Below, one piece after another: positions 37,807 to 50,400 of a stretch of DNA of 64,000 nucleotides (the stretch's first letter is position 1; each line of letters starts with the position of its first letter). This stretch comes from Eledone cirrhosa (Eukaryota). The position numbers and the translations under genes were made by a program. The DNA is taken from contig OZ024750.1 of the NCBI GenBank assembly GCA_964016885.1, positions 41,726,001 to 41,790,000 of the forward strand. The letters are read 5' to 3'. The notes below the pieces were generated by a model. The model saw nothing but the letters and a program-made list of their open reading frames with translations, was not told the DNA's origin and did not search any database.

Positions 37807-37873
37807 TATATTTTGTCTGATGAAAACGTACTTAAACACCATTGTACCTTTGAAATATGTATAATAAAATATA
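37807..37873 (+). ncRNA. Putative minimal type-I hammerhead ribozyme (HHR-2)
   Basis: UAUAUUUUGU-CUGAUGA(37817-23)-AAAcGUAC..GUACcUUU-GAAA(37852-55)-U-AUGU-AUA/AUAAAAUAUA; 10-bp stem I with one G-U pair. Confidence 0.65.
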
Positions 37874-37915
37874 TATTTGGATTATGAGAATATTTTTCAT
37901 TTATTAATATTTTGA

Positions 37916-37955
<40 letters not shown>

Positions 37956-37981
37956 GTATGTAAATATATATATACATATAT

Positions 37982-38027
37982 AACCCATGCTAGCGTGGAA
38001 GAACGGACGTAAAACGGTGATGATGAT
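37982..38027 (+). mobile_element. Isolated 3' tail of the RTE-tailed SINE
   Basis: AACCCATGCTAGCGTGGAAGAACGGACGTAAAACGGTGATGATGAT, nearly identical to ~17478-17523; (AT)n on both sides. Confidence 0.85.
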
Positions 38028-38069
38028 ATATATATATCAAAATGAAAATCCGAAGGCAAGGTAAAATTC

Positions 38070-38158
38070 CAATCATTTAATCACGACACATGTTTCAATA
38101 AGAGATAGATCGATTGTGAAGCCATGATCGATTATCACTGATCTCATCAGATGAAAAT
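38070..38158 (-). ncRNA. Putative type-I hammerhead ribozyme, left arm (HHR-3)
   Basis: Mirror of HHR-4: CUGAUGA at 38150-38144, GAAA at 38096-38093, GUC at 38087-38085. Confidence 0.6.
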
Positions 38159-38237
38159 AACGATGTTCTCTCACAGAATTCATTCCCTCTCTGAGAGAAC
38201 ATCGTTATTTTTCTCCCTCATATCAAGAATTTGAAGA

Positions 38238-38332
38238 CAATTCATTTTCACCTGATGAGATCAGTGATAATCGATCATGGCTTCACAATCGATCTATCTC
38301 TTATTGAAACATGTGTCGTGATTAAATGATTG
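38238..38332 (+). ncRNA. Putative type-I hammerhead ribozyme, right arm (HHR-4)
   Basis: UCAUUUUCAC-CUGAUGA(38252-58)-long stem II (GAU/AUU, GAUA/UAUC, AUCGAU/AUCGAU)-GAAA(38306-09)-C-AUGU-GUC(38315-17)/GUGAUUAAAUGA. Confidence 0.7.
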
Positions 38333-38559
38333 GAATTTTACCTTGCCTTCGGTTTTTCATTTTGATACCTATACTCCGTTTTACATCATCTAGCTGTTCC
38401 CTTGAATGGAATTGGAGATATACAAAAGCGTGGAGAACTTAATATTGCTAACATAAAGTTATTGGACCATTTTACACAACCAATAATACACCTTACTATA
38501 TAACAACTATATATATATATATATAATTGGTGTTTGAACATCTGCTTTCCTTGCTCCCA

Positions 38560-38643
<84 letters not shown>

Positions 38644-38876
38644 GTATATATATATATACATATGTATATATATATATACATATGTATATATATATATATA
38701 CATATGTATATATATATATATATATATACATACATACATATACATATGAACAAATATATATAATCATTATAATTTTATGCCCACTTTCCACGGTTGCCCC
38801 CCCCCCTCTTCCCTCCACACCGAGCTATTCTTTGCCTCAATGTAATTTCTAAACTTACAAACACATACAGCTTTTC

Positions 38877-39368
38877 TTCGTTTCGTTTCGTTTCGTTTCG
38901 TTTCGTTTCGTTTCGTTTCGTTTCGTTTCGTTTCGTTTCGTTTCGTTTCGTTTCGTTTCGTTTCGTTTCGTTTCGTTTCGTTTCGTTTCGTTTCGTTTCG
39001 TTTCGTTTCGTTTCGTTTCGTTTCGTTTCGTTTCGTTTCGTTTCGTTTCGTTTCGTTTCGTTTCGTTTCGTTTCGTTTCGTTTCGTTTCGTTTCGTTTCG
39101 TTTCGTTTCGTTTCGTTTCGTTTCGTTTCGTTTCGTTTCGTTTCGTTTCGTTTCGTTTCGTTTCGTTTCGTTTCGTTTCGTTTCGTTTCGTTTCGTTTCG
39201 TTTCGTTTCGTTTCGTTTCGTTTCGTTTCGTTTCGTTTCGTTTCGTTTCGTTTCGTTTCGTTTCGTTTCGTTTCGTTTCGTTTCGTTTCGTTTCGTTTCG
39301 TTTCGTTTCGTTTCGTTTCGTTTCTTTTCTTTTCTTTTCTTTTCTTTTCTTTTCTTTTCTTTTCTTTT
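38877..39368. repeat. Perfect (TTTCG)~89 pentanucleotide followed by (TTTTC)n
   Basis: Uninterrupted run 38877-39323, then CTTTT units. Confidence 0.98.
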
Positions 39369-39654
39369 GTCCTTTTTTTATTGATTGAAGAAGTCTGCAA
39401 TTTTTCTATCTTTGTGCAATATTTCTATCTTTGAATACTTAAAGATCATAGAAACCAATTGCAATTCACTGTTTATAGTTGGAAATGTTTGTCTATAGTG
39501 AAAAAGAATTATAGTCATCTAAAACCAGTTTCATTATTTTATAACTGAAGCCATTATACTTAAAATAATAGCTTGGCAGGTTGGGGGGAGGGGGGGGCTG
39601 TGTTTATTTAATTTATATGATGTTGTTTTTTTCATGCATAGTTTTTGCTGTATT

Positions 39655-39754
39655 TTGTTTACATATATATATATATATACATATATTTATATTTATTTAT
39701 ATATATTTATATTTATTTTTTATATATATATTTATTTATATATATATATTTATT

Positions 39755-39785
<31 letters not shown>

Positions 39786-39896
39786 TTATATTTATTTATA
39801 TACATATGTTTATTTATATATATTTATATTTATTTATATACATATGTTTATTTATATATATATATTTATATTTATTTATATATATATATTTATATT

Positions 39897-39969
<73 letters not shown>
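39655..39969. repeat. (AT)n / (ATTT)n low-complexity tract
   Basis: Visible. Confidence 0.9.
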
Positions 39970-39970
<1 letters not shown>

Positions 39971-40302
39971 CTTGTCATTTACACAATTTGTTGAATCAGA
40001 ACTACATTTTGTAAATGATTCTAACTTTTATAAAAGCTAAGCTAATTGCTCTTTTGCCTTTTGAAACCCTTTTAAAATGATAGTTTTTTTCTTTCACAGG
40101 CTAATGGTATATTTGAAGAAAATTGAGGTGAACTGAACAAGAAACTTGAACTAACAACAGAGATATAGAAGAAGAATATATTCAATATTTTGGTGCGTGT
40201 GTGTGTGTGTGTTTGTGTGTGTCAGTATTTAGAATAGGTACACTTTATCCCTGTGTGTTGTAAGAGGTGACAAAAGGGTCATATATCTACACACACAGAC
40301 AC

Positions 40303-40410
40303 AATCCCGCCGAGGTTGACTTTGCCTTTCATCCTTACGGGGTCGATAAAATAAAGTACCAGTAATGAACTGGGTTATTGCTGGCCTTGTGCCTAAAGTA
40401 GAAACAAATA
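40303..40410 (+). mobile_element. 5'-truncated tRNA-headed SINE
   Basis: AATCCCGCCGAGGTTGACTTTGCC...GTGCCTAAAGTAGAAACAA, nearly identical to ~20073-20177. Confidence 0.88.
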
Positions 40411-40849
40411 TATATAATATAATATGTATGATGATCATGTTTTTCAGTAGAAAATCTCAATGGTCCAGAGCATCAATATTTCAAATTAAAAGATATATGT
40501 ATATATATATATAGAGAGAGAGGGAGAGAGAAAGATATATATATTGTTTTAGAAACACATAGTATTTTGTACAGATATATTTAGGTAAAAATACGTACTT
40601 CAAGGTGGAAAAGTTCTTCTTTCCTTGATAAATATCAAAGTATTTTGTACTTTATACTCTACTGGAACTTATTCAAAGACAAAATTCCTCTGATAATTAA
40701 TTCGTGTCTCCCATAGCTTTATCAAAATTGATAGTTGGTGATCAATGATCGATTGCTTAGATTTATTTTTGTTATGGTTTACAAATCATGGAATGGTACC
40801 ATAAGGAAGGAAGAACTTTTCCACCAGAAAATTTGGAGGAAGAATAAAG

Positions 40850-41010
40850 TTGATTAAATCAACTCTAGTACTTTCTTTTATTGAACTCCAGAAGGATGAA
40901 ATGTAAACTTGACCTCGGCAGGATTTGAACTTAGAATGTAAAGGGCTAAAAACAAATACCACAATGGCATTCTATCCAATGCCCCACCGATTCTGCCAAC
41001 CCATTGCTCT
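40850..41010 (-). mobile_element. Diverged tRNA-headed SINE
   Basis: GAAGGATGAAATGTAAACTTGACCTCGGCAGGATTTGAACTTAGAATGTAAAGGGC..CCGATTCTGCCAA is the reverse complement of the SINE head and core. Confidence 0.75.
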
Positions 41011-41046
41011 CACTTTATATATTATTGAATATCATTATCTTATCAA

Positions 41047-41238
41047 GGGCGGTGGATTGGCAGTATCGGAAGAGGGTCGGACGCCATGCTTTCCAGCATA
41101 GTTACGTCCCTTTACGACCTGAGTTCAAATCCTGCCGAGGTTGACTTTGCCTTTCATCCTTACGGGGTCGATAAAATAAAGTACCAGTAATGCATTGGGT
41201 AATTGCTGGCCTTGTGCCAAAAGTAGAAACAATTATTT
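41047..41238 (+). mobile_element. tRNA-headed SINE, full length
   Basis: GGGCGGTGGATTGGCAGTATCGG..GAGTTCAAATCC..core..GTAGAAACAATTATT. Confidence 0.92.
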
Positions 41239-41240
41239 AA

Positions 41241-41484
41241 CTTGACAGAAGATAATCTCTGACATGGAGATAGGTTTGTTGTCAAGTGTTGCATGGTAGG
41301 ATTGAAAATCAGTGCTGAAAAGACTGAGACACTGGTCCTCTCAAGGAAGCCTATGCTGTGCACTCTACATGTGAATGGAGTTCCACTGAAGAAGGTAGAG
41401 AAATTCTAGTAACTGGAGGCCATTTTCGCGAACTTCAGGAGCTGGTGTAGTAATGTGACAACTACAGCATGTGGTCATCATCAT
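41241..41484 (+). mobile_element. Old RTE-clade RT fragment running into the 40-bp satellite
   Basis: From 41269: DRFVVKCCMVGLKISAEKTETLVLSRKPMLCTLHVNGVPLKKVEKF**LEAIF (TAG TAA CTG GAG read as decayed KYLG); then, in another frame, GAGVVM*QLQHVVII. Confidence 0.75.
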
Positions 41485-44400
41485 GTGTAGTAATGTGACA
41501 ACTACAGCATGTGGTGATCATCATGTGTAGTAATGTGACAGCTAGAGCATGTGGTCATCATCATGTGTAGTAATGTGACAGCTACAGCATGTGGTCATCA
41601 TCATGTATAGTAATGTGACAGCTACAGCATGTGGTCATCATCATGTGTAGTCATGTGACAGCTACAGCATGTGGTCATCATCATGTGTAGTAATGTGACA
41701 ACTACAGCATGTGGTCATCATCATATGTAGTAATGTGACAGCTAGAGCATGTGGTCATCATCATGTGTAGTAATGTGACAGCTACAGCATGTGGTCATCA
41801 TCATGTGTAGTAATGTGACAGCTACAGCATGTGGTCATCATCATGTGTAGTAACGTGACAACTACAGCATGTGGTCATCATCATGTGTAGTAATGTGACA
41901 GCTAGAGCATGTGCTCATCATCATGTGTAGTAATGTGACAACTACAGCATGTGGTCATCATCATGTGTAGTAATGTGACAACTACAGCATGTGGTCATCA
42001 TCATGTGTAGTAATGTGACAACTACAGCATGTAGTCATCATCATGTGTAGTAATGTGACAACTACAGCATGTGGTCATCATCATGTATAGTAATGTGACA
42101 GCTACAGCATGTGGCCATCATCATGTGTAGTAATGTGACAGCTAGAGCATATGGTCATCATCATGTGTAGTAATGTGACAGCTAGAGCATGTGGTCATCA
42201 TCATGTGTAGTAATGTGACAGCTAGAGCATGTGGTCATCATCATGTGTAGTAATGTGACAACTACAGCATGTGGTCATCATCATGTGTAGTAATGTGACA
42301 GCTACAGCATGTGGCCATCATCATGTGTAGTAATGTGACAACTACAGCATGTGGTCATCATCATGTGTAGTAATATGACAGCTAGAGCATGTGGTCATCA
42401 TCATGTGTAGTAATGTGAAAGCTAGAACATGTGGTCATCATCATGTGTAGTAATGTGACAACTACAGCATGTGGTCATCATCATGTGTAGTAATGTGACA
42501 ACTACAGCATGTGGTCATCATCATGTGTAGTAATGTGACAGCTACAGCATGTGGTCATCATCATGTGTAGTAATGTGACAACTACAGCATGTGGTCATCA
42601 TCATGTGTAGTAATGTGACAGCTAGAGCATGTGGTCATCATCATGTGTAGTAATGTGACAGCTACAGCATGTGGTCATCATCATGTGTAGTAATGTGACA
42701 GCTACAGCATGTGGTCATCATCATGTGTAGTAATGTGACAGCTACAGCATGTGGTCATAATCATGTGTAGTAATGTGACAGCTACAGCATGTGGTCATCA
42801 TCATGTGTAGTAATGTGACAGCTACAGCATGTGGTCATCATCATGTGTAGTAATGTGACAGCTACAGCATGTGGTCATCATCATGTGTAGTAATGTGACA
42901 GCTACAGCATGTGGTCATCATCATGTGTAGTAATGTGACAACTACAGCATGTGGTCATCATCATGTGTAGTAATGTGACAGCTAGAGCATGTGGTCATCA
43001 TCATGTGTAGTAATGTGACAGCTACAGCATGTGGTCATCATCATGTGTAGTAATGTGACAGCTACAGCATGTGGTCATCATCATGTGTAGTAATGTGACA
43101 GCTACAGCATGTGGTCATCATCATGTGTAGTAATGTGACAACTACAGCATGTGGTCATCATCATGTGTAGTAATGTGACAGCTACAGCATGTGGTCATCA
43201 TCATGTGTAGTAATGTGACAGCTACAGCATGTGGTCATCATCATGTGTAGTAATGTGACAGCTACAGCATGTGGCCATCATCATCTGTAGTAATGTGACA
43301 ACTACAGCATGTGGTCATCATCATGTGTAGTAATGTGACAACTACAGCATGTGGTCATCATCATGTGTAGTAATGTGACATCTACAGCATGTGATCATCA
43401 TCATGTGTAGTAATGTGACAGCTACAGCATGTGGTCATCATCATCTGTAGTAATGTGACAACTACAGCATCTGGTCATCATCATGTGTAGTAATGTGACA
43501 GCTAGAGCATGTGGTCATCATCATGTGTAGTAATGTGACAGCTACAGCATGTGGTCATCATCATGTCTAGTAATGTGACAGCTACAGCATGTGGTCATCA
43601 TCATGTCTAGTAATGTGACAGCTACAGCATGTGGTCATCATCATGTGTAGTAATGTGACATCTACAGCATGTGATCATCATCATGTGTAGTAATGTGACA
43701 GCTACAGCATGTGGTCATCATCATGTGTAGTAATGTGACAGCTACAGCATGTGGCCATCATCATCTGTAGTAATGTGACAACTACAGCATGTGGTCATCA
43801 TCATATGTAGTAATGTGACAGCTACAGCATGTGGTCATCATCATGTGTAGTAATGTGACAGCTACAGCATGTGGTCATCATCATGTGTAGTAATGTGACA
43901 GCTACAGCATGTGGTCATCATCATGTCTAGTAATGTGACAGCTAGAGCATTTGGTCATCATCATGTGTAGTAATGTGAAAACTACAGCATGTGGTCATCA
44001 TCAGGTGTAGTAATGTGACAGCTACAGCATGTGGTCATCATCATGTATAGTAATGTGACAGCTACAGCATGTGGCCATCATCATGTGTAGTAATGTGACA
44101 GCTAGAGCATGTGGTCATCATCATGTGTAGTAATGTGAAAGCTAGAGCATGTGGTAATCATCATGTGTAGTAATGTGACAGCTAGAGCATGTGGTCATCA
44201 TCATGTGTAGTAATTTGACAACTACAGCATGTGGTCATCATCATGTGTAGTAATGTGACAGCTACAGCATGTGGCCATCATCATGTGTAGTAATGTGACA
44301 ACTACAGCATGTGGTCATCATCATGTGTAGTAATGTGACAGCTAGAGCATGGGGTCATCATCATGTGTAGTAATGTGAAAGCTAGAGCATGTGGTCATCA

Positions 44401-47400
44401 TCATGTGTAGTAATGTGACAACTACAGCATGTGGTCATCATCATGTGTAGTAATGTGACAGCTACAGCATGTGGCCATCATCATGTGTAGTAATGTGACA
44501 GCTACAGCATGTGGCCATCATCATGTGTAGTAATGTGACAGCTAGAGCATGTGGTCATCATCATGTGTAGTAATGTGACAGCTAGAGCATGGGGTCATCA
44601 TCATGTGTAGTAATGTGACAGCTAGAGCATGTGGTCATCATCATGTGTAGTAATGTGACAGCTACAGCATGTGGTCATCATCATGTATAGTAATGTGACA
44701 ACTACAGCATGTGGTCATCATCATGTGTAGTAATGTGACAGCTAGAGCATGTGGTCATCATCATGTGTAGTAATGTGACAGCTACAGCATGTGGTCATCA
44801 TCATGTGTAGTAATGTGACAGCTACAGCATGTGGTCATCATCATGTGTAGTAATGTGACAGCTACAGCATGTGGTCATCATCATGTGTAGTAATGTGACA
44901 GCTACAGCATGTGGTCATCATCATGTGTAGTATTGTGACAGCTACAGCATGTGGTCATCATCATGTGTAGTAATGTGACAGCTACAGCATGTGGTCATCA
45001 TCATGTGTAGTAATGTGACAACTACAGCATGTGGTCATCATCATGTGTAGTAATGTGACAGCTACAGCATGTGGTCATCATCATGTGTAGTATTGTGACA
45101 GCTACAGCATGTGGTCATCATCATGTGTAGTAATGTGACAGCTACAGCATGTGGTCATCATCATGTGTAGTAATGTGACAACTACAGCATGTGGTCATCA
45201 TCATATGTAGTAATGTGACAGCTACAGCATGTGGTCATCATCATGTGTAGTAATGTGACAGCTACAGCATGTGGTCATCATAATGTGTAGTAATGTGCCA
45301 CCTACAGCATGTGGTCATCATCATGTGTAGTAATGTGACAGCTACAGCATGTGGTCATCATCATGTGTAGTAATGTGACAACTACAGCATGTGGTCATCA
45401 TCATGTGTAGTAATGTGACAGCTACAGCATGTGGTCATCATCATGTGTAGTAATGTGACAGCTACAGCATGTGGTCATCATCATGTGTATTAATGTGCCA
45501 CCTACAGCATGTGGTCATCATCATGTGTAGTAATGTGACAGCTACAGCATGTGGTCATCATCATGTGTAGTAATGTGACAACTACAGCATGTGGTCATCA
45601 TAATGTGTAGTAATGTGCCACCTACAGCATGTGGTCATCATCATGTGTAGTAATGTGACAGCTACAGCATGTGGTCATCATCATGTGTAGTAATGTGACA
45701 GCTACAGCATGTGGTCATCATCATGTGTAGTAATGTGACAGCTACAGCATGTGGTCATCATCATGTGTAGTAATGTGACAGCTACAGCATGTGGTCATCA
45801 TCATGTGTAGTAATGTGACAGCTACAGCATGTGGTCATCATCATGTGTAGTAATGTGACAACTACAGCATATGGTCATCATCATGTGTAGTAATGTGACA
45901 ACTACAGCATGTGGTCATCATCATGTGTAGTAATGTGACAGCTAGAGCATGTGGTCATCATCATGTCTAGTAATGTGACAGCTAGAGCATGTGGTCATCA
46001 TCATGTGAAGTAATGTGACAACTACAGCATGTGGTCATCATCATGTGTAGTAATGTGACAGCTAGAGCATGTGGTCATCATCATGTGTAGTAATGTGACA
46101 GCTACAGCGTGTGGTCATCATCATGTGTAGTAATTTGACAACTACAGCATGTGGTCATCATCATGTGTAGTAATGTGACATCTACAGCATGTGATCATCA
46201 TCATGTGTAGTAATGTGACAGCTACAGCATGTGGCCATCATCATGTGTAGTAATTTGACAGCTACAGCATGTGGTCATCATCATGTATAGTAATGTGACA
46301 GCTACAGCATGTGGTCATCATCATGTGTAGTAATGTGACAGCTACAGCATGTGGTCATCATCATGTGTAGTAATGTGACAGCTACAGCATGTGGTCATCA
46401 TCATGTGTAGTAATGTGACAGCTAGAGCATGTGGTCATCATCATGTGTAGTAATGTGACAGCTACAGCATGTGGTCATCATCATGTGTAGTAATTTGACA
46501 ACTACAGCATGTGGCCATCATCATGTGTAGTAATGTGATAACTACAGCATGTGGTCATCATCATGTATAGTAATGTGACAGCTACAGCATGTGGTCATCA
46601 TCATGTGTAGTAATGTGACAGCTACAGCATGTGGTCATCATCATGTATAGTAATGTGACAGCTACAGCATGTGGTCATCATCATGTGTAGTAATGTCACA
46701 GCTACAGCATGTGGTCATCATCATGTATAGTAATGTGACAGCTACAGCATGTGGTCATCATCATGTGTAGTAATGTGACAACTACAGCATGTGTTCATCA
46801 TCATATGTAGTAATGTGACAGCTAGAGCATGTGGTCATCATCATGTGTAGTAATGTGACAGCTACAGCATGTGGTCATCATCATGTATAGTAATGTGACA
46901 GCTACAGCATGTGGTCATCATCATGTGTAGTAATGTGACAGCTACAGCATGTGGTCATCATCATGTGTAGTAATGTGACAACTACAGCATGTGTTCATCA
47001 TCATATGTAGTAATGTGACAGCTACAGCATGTGGTCATCATCATGTGTAGTAATGTGACAACTACAGCATGTGTTCATCATCATATGTAGTAATGTGACA
47101 GCTACAGCATGTGGTCATCATCATGTGTAGTAATGTGACAACTACAGCATGTGTTCATCATCATGTGTAGTAATGTGACAACTACAGCATGTGTTCATCA
47201 TCATGTATAGTAATGTGACAGCTACAGCATGTGGTCATCATCATGTGTAGTAATGTGACAACTACAGCATGTGTTCATCATCATATGTAGTAATGTGACA
47301 GCTACAGCATGTGGTCATCATCATGTGTAGTAATGTGACAACTACAGCATGTGTTCATCATCATGTGTAGTAATGTGACAACTACAGCATGTGTTCATCA

Positions 47401-50400
47401 TCATGTATAGTAATGTGACAGCTACAGCATGTGGTCATCATCATGTGTAGTAATGTGACAACTACAGCATGTGTTCATCATCATATGTAGTAATGTGACA
47501 GCTACAGCATGTGGTCATCATCATGTGTAGTAATGTGACAACTACAGCATGTGGTCATCATCATGTGTAGTAATGTGACAGCTACAGCATGTGGTCATCA
47601 TCATGTGTAGTAATGTGACAACTACAGCATGTGGTCATCATCATGTATAGTAATGTGACAGCTACAGCATGTGGTCATCATCATGTGTAGTAATGTGACA
47701 GCTACAGCATGTGGTCATCATCATGTATAGTAATGTGACAGCTACAGCATGTGGTCATCATCATGTGTAGTAATGTGACAGCTACAGCATGTGGTCATCA
47801 TCATGTGTAGTAATGTGACAACTACAGCATGTGTTCATCATCATATGTAGTAATGTGACAGCTAGAGCATGTGGTCATCATCATGTGTAGTAATGTGACA
47901 GCTACAGCATGTGGTCATCATCATGTCTAGTAATGTGACAGCTAGAGCATTTGGTCATCATCATGTGTAGTAATGTGAAAACTACAGCATGTGGTCATCA
48001 TCATGTGTAGTAATGTGACAGCTACAGCATGTGGTCATCATCATGTATAGTAATGTGACAGCTACAGCATGTGGCCATCATCATGTGTAGTAATGTGACA
48101 GCTAGAGCATGTGGTCATCATCATGTGTAGTAATGTGAAAGCTAGAGCATGTGGTAATCATCATGTGTAGTAATGTGACAGCTAGAGCATGTGGTCATCA
48201 TCATGTGTAGTAATGTGACAGCTACAGCATGTGGTCATCATCATGTGTAGTAATGTGACAGCTACAGCATGTGGCCATCATCATGTGTAGTAATGTGACA
48301 ACTACAGCATGTGGTCATCATCATGTGTAGTAATGTGACAGCTAGAGCATGGGGTCATCATCATGTGTAGTAATGTGAAAGCTAGAGCATGTGGCCATCA
48401 TCATGTGTAGTAATGTGACAGCTACAGCATGTGGTCATCATCATGTGTAGTAATGTGACAGCTACAGCATGTGGTCATCATCATGTGTAGTAATGTGACA
48501 ACTACAGCATGTGGTCATCATCATGTGTAGTAATGTGACAACTACAGCATGTGGTCATCATCATGTGTAGTAATGTGACAACTACAGCATGTGGTCATCA
48601 TCATGTGTAGTAATGTGACAGCTACAGCATGTGGTCATCATCATGTGTAGTATTGTGACAGCTACAGCATGTGGTCATCATCATGTGTAGTAATGTGACA
48701 GCTACAGCATGTGGTCATCATCATGTGTAGTAATGTGACAACTACAGCATGTGGTCATCATCATGTGTAGTAATGTGACAGCTACAGCATGTGGTCATCA
48801 TCATGTGTAGTATTGTGACAGCTACAGCATGTGGTCATCATCATGTGTAGTAATGTGACAGCTACAGCATGTGGTCATCATCATGTGTAGTAATGTGACA
48901 ACTACAGCATGTGGTCATCATCATATGTAGTAATGTGACAGCTACAGCATGTGGTCATCATCATGTGTAGTAATGTGACAGCTACAGCATGTGGTCATCA
49001 TAATGTGTAGTAATGTGCCACCTACAGCATGTGGTCATCATCATGTGTAGTAATGTGACAGCTACAGCATGTGGTCATCATCATGTGTAGTAATGTGACA
49101 ACTACAGCATGTGGTCATCATCATGTGTAGTAATGTGACAGCTACAGCATGTGGTCATCATCATGTGTAGTAATGTGACAGCTACAGCATGTGGTCATCA
49201 TCATGTGTAGTAATGTGACAACTACAGCATGTGGTCATCATCATGTGTAGTAATGTGACAGCTAGAGCATGTGGTCATCATCATGTCTAGTAATGTGACA
49301 GCTAGAGCATGTGGTCATCATCATGTGAAGTAATGTGACAACTACAGCATGTGGTCATCATCATGTGTAGTAATGTGACAGCTAGAGCATGTGGTCATCA
49401 TCATGTGTAGTAATGTGACAGCTACAGCGTGTGGTCATCATCATGTGTAGTAATTTGACAACTACAGCATGTGGTCATCATCATGTGTAGTAATGTGACA
49501 GCTAGAGCATGTGGTCATCATCATGTCTAGTAATGTGACAGCTAGAGCATGTGGTCATCATCATGTGTAGTAATGTGACAACTACAGCATGTGGTCATCA
49601 TCATGTGTAGTAATGTGACAGCTACAGCATGTGGTCATCATCATGTGTAGTAATGTGACAGCTAGAGCATGTGGTCATCATCATGTGTAGTAATTTGACA
49701 ACTACAGCATGTGGTCATCATCATGTGTAGTAATGTGACAGCTAGAGCATGTGGTCATCATCATGTGTAGTAATGTTACAGCTAGAGTATGTGGTCATCA
49801 TCATGTGTAGTAATGTGACAGCTAGAGCATGTGGTCATCATCATGTGTAGTAATGTGACAGCTACAGCATGTGGTCATCATCATGTGTAGTAATGTGACA
49901 ACTACAGCATGTGGTCATCATCATGTGTAGTAATGTGACAACTACAGCATGTGGTCATCATCATGTGTAGTAATGTGACAGCTACAGCATGTGGTCATCA
50001 TCATGTGTAGTAATGTGACAACTACAGCATGTGGTCATCATCATGTGTAGTAATGTGACAGCTAGAGCATGTGGTCATCATCATGTGTAGTAATGTGACA
50101 GCTACAGCATGTGGTCATCATCATGTGTAGTAATGTGACAGCTACAGCATGTGGTCATCATCATGTGTAGTAATGTGACAGCTACAGCATGTGGTCATCA
50201 TCATGTGTAGTAATGTGACAGCTACAGCATGTGGTCATCATCATGTGTAGTAATGTGACAACTACAGCATGTGGTCATCATCATGTGTAGTAATGTGACA
50301 GCTACAGCATGTGGTCATCATCATGTGTAGTAATGTGACAGCTACAGCATCTGGTCATCATCATGTGTAGTAATGTGACAGCTACAGCATGTGGTCATCA

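Larger units (their letters stand above)
38035..38367. repeat. 333-bp foldback element: 124-bp inverted arms plus an inner 20-bp hairpin
   Basis: 38035-38158 versus 38244-38367 shows 2 mismatches; inner stem 38154-38173 / 38192-38211 is perfect. Confidence 0.95.

Noticed and set aside
38794-39400. FRFVS / ETKRN repeat proteins
   Set aside because: Translation of the (TTTCG)n microsatellite.
41047-41135. tRNA gene
   Set aside because: Box A/B-like motifs belong to multi-copy SINE heads; no cloverleaf could be built by eye.
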